IMG/VR virus record: IMGVR_UViG_3300050120_000152
Location: 1 to 64,000 of that record
Reading direction: 5' to 3' (one strand)
Length of the DNA stretch: 64,000 bases
Shown: positions 47,861 through 57,321 of the stretch, in pieces
Numbering within the stretch: the first letter of the stretch is position 1
Layout: every line of letters starts with the position of its first letter
Program-made: the position numbers and the translations under genes
Notes under the pieces: model-generated
Databases searched by the model: none
The model's input: only the letters and a program-made list of their open reading frames with translations
What the model was told of the DNA's origin: nothing

Positions 47861-49146
47861 TGTCATATACAATAAATTTTACTGATAAACGTAAAACGCC
47901 AATCATTATTGATGATACGGATATTGACACATCTACTGATATTGCATTATTCGGTAGAAACCGCTTGACTTATGGCGAACAATTACAAGAAAATTTATTA
48001 CATATCTTAGAAAATTTTTCATGTCCAGAAGACCCTCTTTTTCCGGGTAATCCAGATTTATCCAAAGCATCGAATAATGCATTTCAACATATAACTATAG
48101 GGCAAGGTTGGTATAATTCGACCAATTCAACATTATATTATTATGATGGCACATACTGGATGCCATTAGCTGCTGAACAAAGTATCGCAGCAAATTGGGG
48201 AATCATTGCTGATGGACAGTATTTACCGAATCCAGTAAGTGCGATTACCGGACAAATATTTTCTTATGTTCATTGCGTTTATATTGTAAGCCCTCAAACA
48301 TTTCCACAAACTATTGATTATATGATATGTAAAGCAGATGCCAATGGTTTAGTTACTATGAAATATAGAATATCTGGTACTGATAGTATAATTGGTGGAG
48401 TAGCAAATTATTTGATTGTAGGTATTGCTGGCAATATTAATCAACCTGCTCCTACTGTTGCAGTAACACTTACTCCTACCCCTACACCTACGTCATCGTC
48501 GGGAACATCACATACACCAACACCAACTATTACCCCATCTACCACGCCAGTATCAACAACAACCCCAACACCAACACCAACAACATCAGTCGGTACATCG
48601 ATTACTCCTGTACCATCGGTAACACCAACACGTATTCCAATATCATCGGTAACGCCAACACCAACAACATCAGCAGCACCATTATCGCCATTAGCATTCC
48701 AAGGTCAATCTATTCATGCATTTACCGATGTACCGCCAAGATGTCCCGGTGTGGCAGGGGCGGCAACTATCCAATGTATATTCAATGCAGATGGAACATA
48801 TTCTATAAACACAACTTCCAATCAATTTGGACAAGACAGAACACCAAATCAATCTGGTATATGGTTACCTGCTGGATGGTCATCATCGGATACATCAATA
48901 AAATTTACCGATGTAGTTAATTTTATATCGGAAGCTAACCCAGCGTCAGTAACTAATTCTGCACCAGCATATCAACCATTAGCCGCAACACAATTATATA
49001 CATTATCTACTTCCGGTGGTTGTACCGCAGGTACAGGTATGGGATCAAATATTACACTGACAATTTCGCTTAAACGGATATCTACTGGCGTATTTTTTAA
49101 TACTACATGTACCTTAGATTGTGAATCATCTGATGCAGGTTTGTAA
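47860..49146 (+). CDS. Third paralogous virion protein (same N-domain + PT linker, different non-Hint C-domain)
   Basis: YTINFTD..LFGRNR..YGE.L.ENLLH.LENF; TPTP tract. Confidence 0.8.
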   Translation: MSYTINFTDKRKTPIIIDDTDIDTSTDIALFGRNRLTYGEQLQENLLHILENFSCPEDPLFPGNPDLSKASNNAFQHITIGQGWYNSTNSTLYYYDGTYWMPLAAEQSIAANWGIIADGQYLPNPVSAITGQIFSYVHCVYIVSPQTFPQTIDYMICKADANGLVTMKYRISGTDSIIGGVANYLIVGIAGNINQPAPTVAVTLTPTPTPTSSSGTSHTPTPTITPSTTPVSTTTPTPTPTTSVGTSITPVPSVTPTRIPISSVTPTPTTSAAPLSPLAFQGQSIHAFTDVPPRCPGVAGAATIQCIFNADGTYSINTTSNQFGQDRTPNQSGIWLPAGWSSSDTSIKFTDVVNFISEANPASVTNSAPAYQPLAATQLYTLSTSGGCTAGTGMGSNITLTISLKRISTGVFFNTTCTLDCESSDAGL

Positions 49147-49154
49147 TTTTATCT

Positions 49155-49808
49155 ATGATCAAAAAGATCAAAAATTTAAAATTATCTATCACTCCTGAAC
49201 AAGTAAAAAACGAATGGAATGAGGTAAAATCGGTACGAAACCGTTTATTACAAAATAGTGATTGGATATTTACCCCTGATAATAATTTAGAAGAATCTAT
49301 TGTATTGTTGTGGACGGCTTGGCGAAAAAATATTAGACGCGTTGATGAATTTACTGAAATTGATAAAGCATTACAGTTTTTACAAGATTTGCAGGATAAT
49401 TCGCCGCCGATAAAATATAAAAATAATAATTATCATTCATTAGAATCTTATAAACAAGGATTAGTAAAATTGGTTAGCAGTATTATGAAAGATACTCTTG
49501 ATTCTATCCACGTATCCATAGATTGTCGAGAAATAGTAATGGAGAAATTTGAAGAAGCTGAAAAATTTCTCGCTGGTAATATAGAAAATACCATGTTGAT
49601 AGACCTTGAGGCCGCACATTTAAGCAAATCACAACTTGAGGTTGCAGAACAATTTATTAAAGAACGGCACAATTATTTTCTAAAAATAGTAACGATTGAA
49701 ACAGTTAAAAACAAATTTTTAACTCGTATAGAAAATGTTGAAACTATTCAGCAATGTGATACTATACGCGACGACTTACAAGTTTTAGGAACCAAAATAT
49801 GGATATAG
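49155..49808 (+). CDS. Tail fibre assembly chaperone-like protein
   Basis: W..V...RN.LL..SDW....D......W..WR..IR motif; follows the fibre-like genes. Confidence 0.65.
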   Translation: MIKKIKNLKLSITPEQVKNEWNEVKSVRNRLLQNSDWIFTPDNNLEESIVLLWTAWRKNIRRVDEFTEIDKALQFLQDLQDNSPPIKYKNNNYHSLESYKQGLVKLVSSIMKDTLDSIHVSIDCREIVMEKFEEAEKFLAGNIENTMLIDLEAAHLSKSQLEVAEQFIKERHNYFLKIVTIETVKNKFLTRIENVETIQQCDTIRDDLQVLGTKIWI

Positions 49809-50371
49809 ATATTGATGTACCTTCAAAATTCGATGCAATGAAAACCTTTACGGGAAAAGTGGTGCGTGCATCTCGTATAGAAAATGAGACAATACTTAAG
49901 CATAATGTAGGTGTATATTTTCAAAATATACCCACTGATCTAATAACAGGATTAGCTGCTATACCTTATGACAAATCCGAAGAATATGGATATTTCAAGA
50001 TGGATATCATTGCCAATTCAGCAATAGATGATTTTGAATCGAAAGCATGGATGGATGAATATATTGAAATAGAACCTAATTGGAACCTATTGCTTGAACG
50101 TGAGAATGTGGAAAAATTGTTTCACCTATCCAAACAATTTGACGTTGTATATGCGGTAAAACCCAAATCTATATTAGAAATTGCAGACATTCTAGCTCTG
50201 ATTCGTAAAAATAAAATAAAACTATTAGATAAATATTTACAGAATAAAAAAGCTATCCGCAAGGAACTTTATACTCATCGTGAAGGTGCTGATATGAGAA
50301 AACCGCATGCATTAGCATATGCTCTTATTATTGTGCTACAACTACATTTAATAGAAATGGGAAAATTATAA
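49799..50371 (+). CDS. DNA polymerase III alpha-like fragment B (catalytic palm)
   Basis: MDIDID (DnaE PDxDxD), KHNVGVYF (HAAGVVI), YGYFKMDII (GLVKFDFL). Confidence 0.8.
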   Translation: MDIDIDVPSKFDAMKTFTGKVVRASRIENETILKHNVGVYFQNIPTDLITGLAAIPYDKSEEYGYFKMDIIANSAIDDFESKAWMDEYIEIEPNWNLLLERENVEKLFHLSKQFDVVYAVKPKSILEIADILALIRKNKIKLLDKYLQNKKAIRKELYTHREGADMRKPHALAYALIIVLQLHLIEMGKL

Positions 50372-50730
50372 TGACTATGTTACAATCCATATTAGAAGCT
50401 ATGTTACCAAATTTAACAGATAACCAGAAAGGATTGTTGATTTCTATTCATGCTTCAGCAACACCACAACAAGCCTTTGATACGGCCAATGGCACAATGA
50501 TGTCAATATCAGCTAAAGATCAAATGGTAAATATGGGATTAATAAGACAATTGGGAAATCAATTACAGTTGACTGATGCGGGAAACGAATCATTATTATC
50601 TAATAATTTAATAGATAACCTAGGTACGATTACACCGGAAGGCGATATTCAATTGAAACATTTTGAAAATAATAAATCGGAACAAGTCAATACAGAATCA
50701 TTTGACTTGTTCAAATCGTTCTATCAATAA
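50371..50730 (+). CDS. Hypothetical protein (MLQSILE N-terminus)
   Basis: TAATG coupling. Confidence 0.65.
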   Translation: MTMLQSILEAMLPNLTDNQKGLLISIHASATPQQAFDTANGTMMSISAKDQMVNMGLIRQLGNQLQLTDAGNESLLSNNLIDNLGTITPEGDIQLKHFENNKSEQVNTESFDLFKSFYQ

Positions 50731-51145
50731 GCTCTATTCCTTTAGGAATAGATTTCTTCTTTCTGCGCTTGATCTTAGTTGGGCCTTTCATATTATATTT
50801 GTAAATTGGGCCAATGACTCTAACAATAAAATCAGTTGAAAAGCTTCTTACGATTTTTGACATATCATGTGCAACATTTTGTTTAAAGAATTCTATAGAA
50901 ATGGGATAGTTATTTCTATGATTTTCATACCAATGATTTGCTATTTTTATAATGTGTTCTTCATCAATATTCATATTAGGGCAATAATCCAAAACATAAG
51001 CAATGACTCGATCACTTGTGATATTATCAACGATAGTTAAAAAATTCTGGTCATTATATTTAATAAGGGTTATAAACTCATAACCTTTATAATCTTTTGG
51101 ATGTTCTTCAACGATAAGTGGCTGAAAATTTAGATGTTTTTTCAT
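50711..51145 (-). CDS. Conserved hypothetical protein
   Basis: 144-aa ORF with basic C-terminus. Confidence 0.65.
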   Translation of the reverse strand: MKKHLNFQPLIVEEHPKDYKGYEFITLIKYNDQNFLTIVDNITSDRVIAYVLDYCPNMNIDEEHIIKIANHWYENHRNNYPISIEFFKQNVAHDMSKIVRSFSTDFIVRVIGPIYKYNMKGPTKIKRRKKKSIPKGIELIDRTI

Positions 51146-51207
51146 AGGATGCTTTTTTAGGTATTTATATTGTATAAAGTCATCACGAAATTATCCCATA
51201 ATTAAAA

Positions 51208-52521
51208 TCATGCCGGACAGGTTCCCCATACAGGCCGCGATAATACCCACGATGTTGCAGATAAATCAAAGTTACTGGGCACTGACGGGATCAATGTGAC
51301 GCACCAATGAGATAAATCTTGATTAAATGCATAAGCACTATAAAACATATAAGACATATCTGTTACCTTACTAGTATTCCATGAACCAATATCTTGATTA
51401 AATGCCGAAGCACTTTGAAACATTTGACTCATAGCTGTTACATTACTAGTATTCCATGATCCAATATTGCCATTAAAAGAAGAAGCATTAACAAACATAG
51501 CAGACATATCAGTTACATTACTGGTATCCCATGAACCAATATTGCCATTAAATGCTGTAGCATTATTAAACATACTACTCATAGTAGTTACATGACTGGT
51601 ATTCCATGATGATAAATCTTGGTTGAATACTAGAGTATTCTGGAACATAAAACTCATATCAGTTACATTACTGGTATTCCATGAGGATATGTCTCGATTA
51701 AACAATAATGTGCCACCTAACATTATACTCATATTAGTTACATTACTGGTATCCCATGAGGATATATCTTGATTGAATGTTTTAGCATCAGCAAACATAA
51801 AACTCAAATTAGTTAATGTTGTTGGGATAAAATTGGGCACAAAAGTAATATCTTGTGGAAGATTTATATTTGTTATGTTATAAGTCCCCCATGTTGTAAC
51901 AACCGTTGATGATCCACCCAGATCACCAACGGCTAAATAAAAAAATACTCCTGCAGTAATAGTGCCATTATTAATATAATCACCATAAACCTTAATAGTA
52001 TAATCACCAACGGTATCATATTGATGTGTTATTCCATTAACACAAGCATCATCACTTCCATCTGATGCACCATTTGGGATTGGAGTGATAGTTCCGTCAC
52101 CCCAATCAATAGAAGCATTATTGGATGCTCCACATGCATAGAATTCATAACCAAAAGCATTAGTTACATTCAGGGTGAATGGAGTTAGTCCACCTATTGA
52201 TGGTGTTGGAGTTGGCGTAGGAGGAATTGCTCCAACATCAAACAACATCAAAAATACTTCTCCCATTGTAGGATTAGTAAAAGTTATTGTTATTGTATTA
52301 ATATCATTGACCACAATAGAGGCTGGATATATTTTCTGACCGTCAGACACAACTGTTATTACAAATTTGTTAGTGTTTTGTCCATGATTAAGTACCCACA
52401 CATATGACGGAGTTGATTGCACGCAATGAAATTGAGCCATACCATCTTGAATAACTCTATCAGTATAAAATTCCTGACCAGTGACTAGATCAATATAAAT
52501 GGCATTGTAAGATTGTGACAT
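51208..52521 (-). CDS. Virion adhesin-like protein: N-domain + PT linker + PKD-like + DUF285/BspA repeats
   Basis: Start MSQSYN 24 nt after minus-strand TATAAATA (52545-52552); FN.[DN]I.SW[DN]TS.VT.MS.MF repeats; C-terminus WCVT..P..F...W...PVWGTCP shared with 22722. Confidence 0.8.
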   Translation of the reverse strand: MSQSYNAIYIDLVTGQEFYTDRVIQDGMAQFHCVQSTPSYVWVLNHGQNTNKFVITVVSDGQKIYPASIVVNDINTITITFTNPTMGEVFLMLFDVGAIPPTPTPTPSIGGLTPFTLNVTNAFGYEFYACGASNNASIDWGDGTITPIPNGASDGSDDACVNGITHQYDTVGDYTIKVYGDYINNGTITAGVFFYLAVGDLGGSSTVVTTWGTYNITNINLPQDITFVPNFIPTTLTNLSFMFADAKTFNQDISSWDTSNVTNMSIMLGGTLLFNRDISSWNTSNVTDMSFMFQNTLVFNQDLSSWNTSHVTTMSSMFNNATAFNGNIGSWDTSNVTDMSAMFVNASSFNGNIGSWNTSNVTAMSQMFQSASAFNQDIGSWNTSKVTDMSYMFYSAYAFNQDLSHWCVTLIPSVPSNFDLSATSWVLSRPVWGTCPA

Positions 52522-52603
52522 TAGGCAAATCCGATATTCCCTATTATTTATAGTCAGTGATCCAAGGAAGATAAATACAATAAAGTTAACGAGTTTACTA
52601 AGC

Positions 52604-53377
52604 ATGTCTATCAGAATTGTCAATAAGACTAATGGCCGTACCATTATTATCAAGAATCAAAATGATATGAATCATTTAGATTCATCTGTGTCATCCATTG
52701 ATGACGATGATAATGCATTCAGATTGATGCCAAGAAATACTGACACTGACGATGCAGACAAGAATGATCCCTATTCCGAACCATCTTCATACCATACAAT
52801 GGGTCAATCGACCGATCTTATTAATAATATGCGTTACAAGAAAAGTGGGTTTTCAAACGCTATGTTTGATGTTAACTCCTTTGATGATGATAAATCCAAG
52901 CATTATATTAAGACTACTGAATATCCCTTGGCTGATGAGATAAAAAGTTGGTTCAATCCAATGACTGTTGATGCGCCTATCACTCGATTAAAGACTACTG
53001 ACATTCCAGATGATCAAATATCAGATACCCAACAAACTTCAGATTTATTCGGACAGAGTGATGGAGATGATAATAATGAATTATCAGATGATACTAAACA
53101 ATCTGACACAGAGAATACCGATTTTCAAGGATTGATTCGTACCATTCGTGGTGCATGTTTAGTTTTCAAACGTAAATCACAAAATGGTACTTTTGATGAA
53201 TTATGGATTTATAATGTTGGTGATAATCTAAAGCAAGAAACCATTGTCAGAAAAGCTATCTTAGCAGGTACTGATATTGATCCCAACACACAAATGTCAG
53301 ATGATGGTACACAGAAAGCAAAAACTCACACTATTGGAAATATACAATTCTTAAATATTTCTGGCCTTGTTCAATAA
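52604..53377 (+). CDS. Acidic hypothetical protein (probably late/virion)
   Basis: 257-aa ORF; GATAAATA upstream. Confidence 0.65.
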   Translation: MSIRIVNKTNGRTIIIKNQNDMNHLDSSVSSIDDDDNAFRLMPRNTDTDDADKNDPYSEPSSYHTMGQSTDLINNMRYKKSGFSNAMFDVNSFDDDKSKHYIKTTEYPLADEIKSWFNPMTVDAPITRLKTTDIPDDQISDTQQTSDLFGQSDGDDNNELSDDTKQSDTENTDFQGLIRTIRGACLVFKRKSQNGTFDELWIYNVGDNLKQETIVRKAILAGTDIDPNTQMSDDGTQKAKTHTIGNIQFLNISGLVQ

Positions 53378-53381
53378 ACTA

Positions 53382-53410
53382 TTGACTGAACGTATAATGA
53401 ATGATATAAT
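53382..53410 (+). promoter_or_regulatory. sigma70 promoter
   Basis: TTGACT-N17-TATAAT. Confidence 0.8.
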
Positions 53411-53431
53411 TTAATCAAAGAGAATTATACT

Positions 53432-53680
53432 ATGCCCCGCAAAGAAACTTCCGTAAAAGATGTTCTTATCAGTGATTTTAAAGAATTGTCTACACAAGCT
53501 GTCGATCTTAAAACTAAAATTAATGAATCCAAAACTTCATTAAAGAAAGAGTATTTTAATAAAAAATTGAAAAAAATTAATAAAAAAGTTTATTCAGTGA
53601 TGATCGAACTGGCGGTGTTGGAAGCTAAATCAAAACCAAAAATTACTACAATTGAGGAAGCTACTAATGACCAAGTTTAA
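53432..53680 (+). CDS. Hypothetical coiled-coil protein
   Basis: First gene after the promoter. Confidence 0.65.
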   Translation: MPRKETSVKDVLISDFKELSTQAVDLKTKINESKTSLKKEYFNKKLKKINKKVYSVMIELAVLEAKSKPKITTIEEATNDQV

Positions 53681-54239
53681 TAAAGTATTAGCCATTCATT
53701 GTCATACGACGGGTATGGATTATGGCTCAGATGTTACGCTAAATAATCAAGCATTGACAGTAGCATTGGGCGTTGTAGATATGGAATCTATGAAAATGAC
53801 TGATACTAAGGCGGTAAAAATAAAATTCGATGGTTCTAAGTATGTATGGAATTCAAAATTAGAATCTATTCATGGTATATCTAAACAAGAAGCGGTTGAA
53901 GATGGCGAAACGTTATCCGATGCAGCATCCATCTTAGGAGAATTCTTGTATGAGCATTTTGGTATTAAGGATGCCATTCCATTATTAGGATATAATCCTA
54001 CATCGTTCCACTTACCATTTTTAAATAAAATTCTGTTATCCGAAGATTTGGCATTCAAATTTGACAATAGAAGTATAGATTTGTTCTCTCTCATGGCTAT
54101 TTTACAAAAATATACGGTCAAGGAAATGTTTGAAGTATTTGAAGTGGATCAATCTATCCCATTATCATCATTGACCATTATCAAAACTTATTTGAAAATT
54201 TTTAATACAATAAAGCATATCATTAAAGAGGTTATCTAA
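53667..54239 (+). CDS. DEDD (DnaQ/epsilon-like) exonuclease fold with catalytic Asp/Glu replaced by His
   Basis: AIHCHTTG (cf. DxETTG), IHGIS, GYN..FHLPFL (cf. HN..FD..F), IDL. Confidence 0.7.
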   Translation: MTKFNKVLAIHCHTTGMDYGSDVTLNNQALTVALGVVDMESMKMTDTKAVKIKFDGSKYVWNSKLESIHGISKQEAVEDGETLSDAASILGEFLYEHFGIKDAIPLLGYNPTSFHLPFLNKILLSEDLAFKFDNRSIDLFSLMAILQKYTVKEMFEVFEVDQSIPLSSLTIIKTYLKIFNTIKHIIKEVI

Positions 54240-54544
54240 TGGATCAAGATTTACGCAAAGAATTAGATGAGTTCAAAGATAATATGATTCATCATATTAA
54301 CAAATTAAGTAATATAACAAAATCTATGAGTATTAGATTGAATGATATTCTCAAAGAAAATGAAAAAATTAAAAAGCAAAATATCTTTTTAAATAATGAA
54401 ACTAAAAAATTGATAGTAGAAAATAAGAAATTAACTGGAATTTACAACCGATTACAATCAACTAATATAAATACTGAACACAAGCTTCACTCAATTACAG
54501 AAAATTTGAGTCAGATTAACCAGAAGCTTCACACGAAGACATAA
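54239..54544 (+). CDS. Coiled-coil hypothetical protein
   Basis: TAATG coupling. Confidence 0.6.
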   Translation: MDQDLRKELDEFKDNMIHHINKLSNITKSMSIRLNDILKENEKIKKQNIFLNNETKKLIVENKKLTGIYNRLQSTNINTEHKLHSITENLSQINQKLHTKT

Positions 54545-54546
54545 TC

Positions 54547-54924
54547 ATGACCGTAATACAAACCTATCTAATCTATGCGTTAGCTGCACTTTTGGCTATC
54601 TCAATAGGTATTAACATAATTTATCATTTTGATAGAGCATCTTTAATTGCTGCTAATACATCATTGACCACGACGGCTAAACGCCTAACCGAACAGGTAA
54701 AATTGGATACTAAAACTATTCTAAGTCAAAATGATGCAATCAATAAAGCGGCATCAAAATCCAAAGATAATGACAGACGAATAAGTGATTTGGGTACAAA
54801 ATTAGCTGCACAGACAGTTACTAATCAGGCATTGATCGATAAATTAAATAATCAACCAGCCCCAAAAACATGTGATGACGCCGTGATTTATTTGAAAAAT
54901 AATTTGGGTATATTCCAATGGTAA
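54547..54924 (+). CDS. Inner-membrane spanin (Rz-like)
   Basis: N-terminal TM + coiled coil, overlapping a lipoprotein gene. Confidence 0.7.
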   Translation: MTVIQTYLIYALAALLAISIGINIIYHFDRASLIAANTSLTTTAKRLTEQVKLDTKTILSQNDAINKAASKSKDNDRRISDLGTKLAAQTVTNQALIDKLNNQPAPKTCDDAVIYLKNNLGIFQW

Positions 54925-55361
54925 AATATATTTTAGCAGCTCTAATATTCGCCTCGTTGATCGGTTGTGTATCACAGCCCGTAAAAACAGTTTATCAAGA
55001 GAAAGATATTCCGATCTATATTGTTCCTGCGCCGCCTATAGTCAAGCAACCCGTGTTGGCTATTACCTCATTGACCCCAGCACAACAGAACAACATTGGA
55101 GAGCTTACTAAGGCTTATAATATTTCATTGAAGCAGACCATGCAGTATGCGTGCCAGTTAAAGAATATTGTGGATGAATATACAATATTGGCCGCAAGCA
55201 GCCCATCATTGATATCTCCGGTACCATTACCAGTAGCTATGTCATTTTCTCTATCAACCCCAAGCATTTCACAAATATTATCAGTAATTAAACCTAATAC
55301 TCCGTTAACCGCCACCGTTCCAACGATAACACCTAATGTAGCGAAAGATTGTAATAAATGA
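54918..55361 (+). CDS. Outer-membrane lipoprotein spanin (Rz1-like)
   Basis: Lipobox SLIG|C, Pro-rich. Confidence 0.7.
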   Translation: MVKYILAALIFASLIGCVSQPVKTVYQEKDIPIYIVPAPPIVKQPVLAITSLTPAQQNNIGELTKAYNISLKQTMQYACQLKNIVDEYTILAASSPSLISPVPLPVAMSFSLSTPSISQILSVIKPNTPLTATVPTITPNVAKDCNK

Positions 55362-55699
55362 AAAAATTGACTCAAATTCTCTCCGAACAAAAAGAACAAA
55401 AAGAAAAAGAAAAGAAGTTGAGATTTGTTGAAACCAATCCTCAAGAAGCATTTCCCAATGATACAATTTCTTATTTACAAAAAGAAATTAATAAATTAGC
55501 CAAAGATTTAAGTGTAGATTGGAAGAGTCCAATTGAATTAGTCAATGCCGCTTTTTATAATCTTGAAGTTCCTATTCCTAAAGCATTCTTGGCAAAACGC
55601 TGGCAACAATATAACACATTATTTGGTGTAGCCATCAAAAGTTTGTTTGATGCTCGCGGATTTGGTGCAGATTGGTCAAATTCTTCCGCTCACAAATAA
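55358..55699 (+). CDS. Hypothetical protein (KKLTQILSE N-terminus)
   Basis: ATGA overlap. Confidence 0.65.
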   Translation: MKKLTQILSEQKEQKEKEKKLRFVETNPQEAFPNDTISYLQKEINKLAKDLSVDWKSPIELVNAAFYNLEVPIPKAFLAKRWQQYNTLFGVAIKSLFDARGFGADWSNSSAHK

Positions 55700-55722
55700 A
55701 TATAATAAATGGATACAGAATC

Positions 55723-56580
55723 ATGGATTTAAATAGATTAAGAGTATTAGCAGGATTAGACCCAATTGCTGAAAGTATTGAGCTTAATGAAGCGGAAAAC
55801 ATTAAAAAGGGTGCTTTCCATAAATGGTTAGGCAAGCCTGAAGATGAAGCTATTACAGATGCTGATGTTGATCGCGGCTTAAAGTCTGATGATGAACATG
55901 TCAGAAAAATGGCACAATTCGCCAAGAATATGAGAGAATCAGTAAACGAAGTCGAAGAACCTAAAGTACATGAATTATCATTTAAGTGTCCAGAATGCTC
56001 ACATGCATGGTCAATACATGCAAAAGTTGAACGCGACGACGAATGCCCTAAATGTGGTAAAGTATCACTACCTAAAAAGAATGTAAATGAAGTGTCAGCC
56101 GCAAAGCTTGCACATAGAACTCATGGAGATAATCCTGCTTCTGAAGCGGCACACGATTCGGATATCCCAAAAGTAACATTTATGGAAAAGCCACCAGCCA
56201 ATGCATTAATTTTAACTCAGGTTGAATTTGATGATGACACATTGAATTTCAATAAAACTAAAATGGGTGTCGATGTTGAGGAAGAAACCAAGGTCAAAGT
56301 TCCTTCAGATGTTATGAAACATATTAATAAGAGAATTCAAGAGCTTAAAGCTTCTATTGAAACTTATGATGAAAAGGGTTACGATGATAAGAGTGTCAAG
56401 AGTAGAGCTATTGAATGCTTAGAAAAAATTAAAAAACATTTGGAAGCGGGTACTCAAGAACAATATAAGCAGGCTCAAGTATACTATGGTACATTAATGA
56501 GTCCTATATTCGATATGTTCCCTACACAATTAATTAATTTTCTACACTCAACCAGCGCTCACACAAAATCTAAAATTTAA
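55723..56580 (+). CDS. Candidate internal head protein with Zn ribbon
   Basis: MDLNRLRVLAGL..IAESIELNE; CPEC...CPKC. Confidence 0.6.
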   Translation: MDLNRLRVLAGLDPIAESIELNEAENIKKGAFHKWLGKPEDEAITDADVDRGLKSDDEHVRKMAQFAKNMRESVNEVEEPKVHELSFKCPECSHAWSIHAKVERDDECPKCGKVSLPKKNVNEVSAAKLAHRTHGDNPASEAAHDSDIPKVTFMEKPPANALILTQVEFDDDTLNFNKTKMGVDVEEETKVKVPSDVMKHINKRIQELKASIETYDEKGYDDKSVKSRAIECLEKIKKHLEAGTQEQYKQAQVYYGTLMSPIFDMFPTQLINFLHSTSAHTKSKI

Positions 56581-57278
56581 TGAGTGTTCAATTAGCCACC
56601 ATGAAGCAATTACTTGCTTCAATGCAAACTTGTGCCGATGACAAGAAAGTCCTTACGCAAGCGTTAGGACTTTCCAGTTTAGTATATTTTTCAAATGATT
56701 TTATAGCAGCCCAATTAACTGCAATAGGCATGACCTACAAAATTTTTGAACAGGCTGACATGAAGTGCGTTGTAGCCGAAACTTCTGATACTATTTTTAT
56801 ATCATTTCGGGGTACTGTTCCGTCACAATGGGCAAATTGGAAAAGAATAGTTAATATTATTCCAAGATCATTTATGTATAATCTTAAAGTACATGGCGGG
56901 TTTGAGTTATATTATCAAGAATATGCCGCATTTGTTAAATCTTATATTGATACCATCACAACTCATAAATGTGTTATATTTACCGGCCATTCATTGGGTG
57001 CTGCAATAGCATCATTATTTAATATTAGTTATACTAAAAATTCCACTTCTATTACATTTGCTTCACCAGAATATTTATTCAATCATCCGTTTGAATCAAC
57101 GAGTTCAACATCTTATAGAATAATGCAAGATTTTGTAACTTACATCCCATTTAACTTACCTTTATTAAAATGGTATAAATCATCAACCACTATAAAAGTT
57201 AAATCCTTTTATAGATCGGTTAACCCATTATCCTATCACAGCCTCAATAATTATATCAAGTCGATTTTAATCACTTGA
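56580..57278 (+). CDS. Class-3 lipase (alpha/beta hydrolase)
   Basis: ISFRGT, KVHGGF, TGHSLGAA (GxSxG), ITFASP, DFVTYIP, HSLNNY. Confidence 0.85.
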   Translation: MSVQLATMKQLLASMQTCADDKKVLTQALGLSSLVYFSNDFIAAQLTAIGMTYKIFEQADMKCVVAETSDTIFISFRGTVPSQWANWKRIVNIIPRSFMYNLKVHGGFELYYQEYAAFVKSYIDTITTHKCVIFTGHSLGAAIASLFNISYTKNSTSITFASPEYLFNHPFESTSSTSYRIMQDFVTYIPFNLPLLKWYKSSTTIKVKSFYRSVNPLSYHSLNNYIKSILIT

Positions 57279-57303
57279 TAATCATTCTCATTTGATATAT
57301 ACT
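57275..57303 (+). promoter_or_regulatory. sigma70 promoter overlapped by a Fur box (57276-57290)
   Basis: TTGATA-N17-TATACT; TGATAAT-C-ATTCTCA has one mismatch to the 7-1-7 Fur consensus. Confidence 0.75.
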
Positions 57304-57321
57304 TAATAAAATAGGTATTTT

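Noticed and set aside
51208-51900. Similar DUF285 copies as a diversity-generating retroelement TR/VR pair
   Set aside because: No reverse transcriptase in the window, both copies are coding, and I saw no adenine-specific mismatch pattern.
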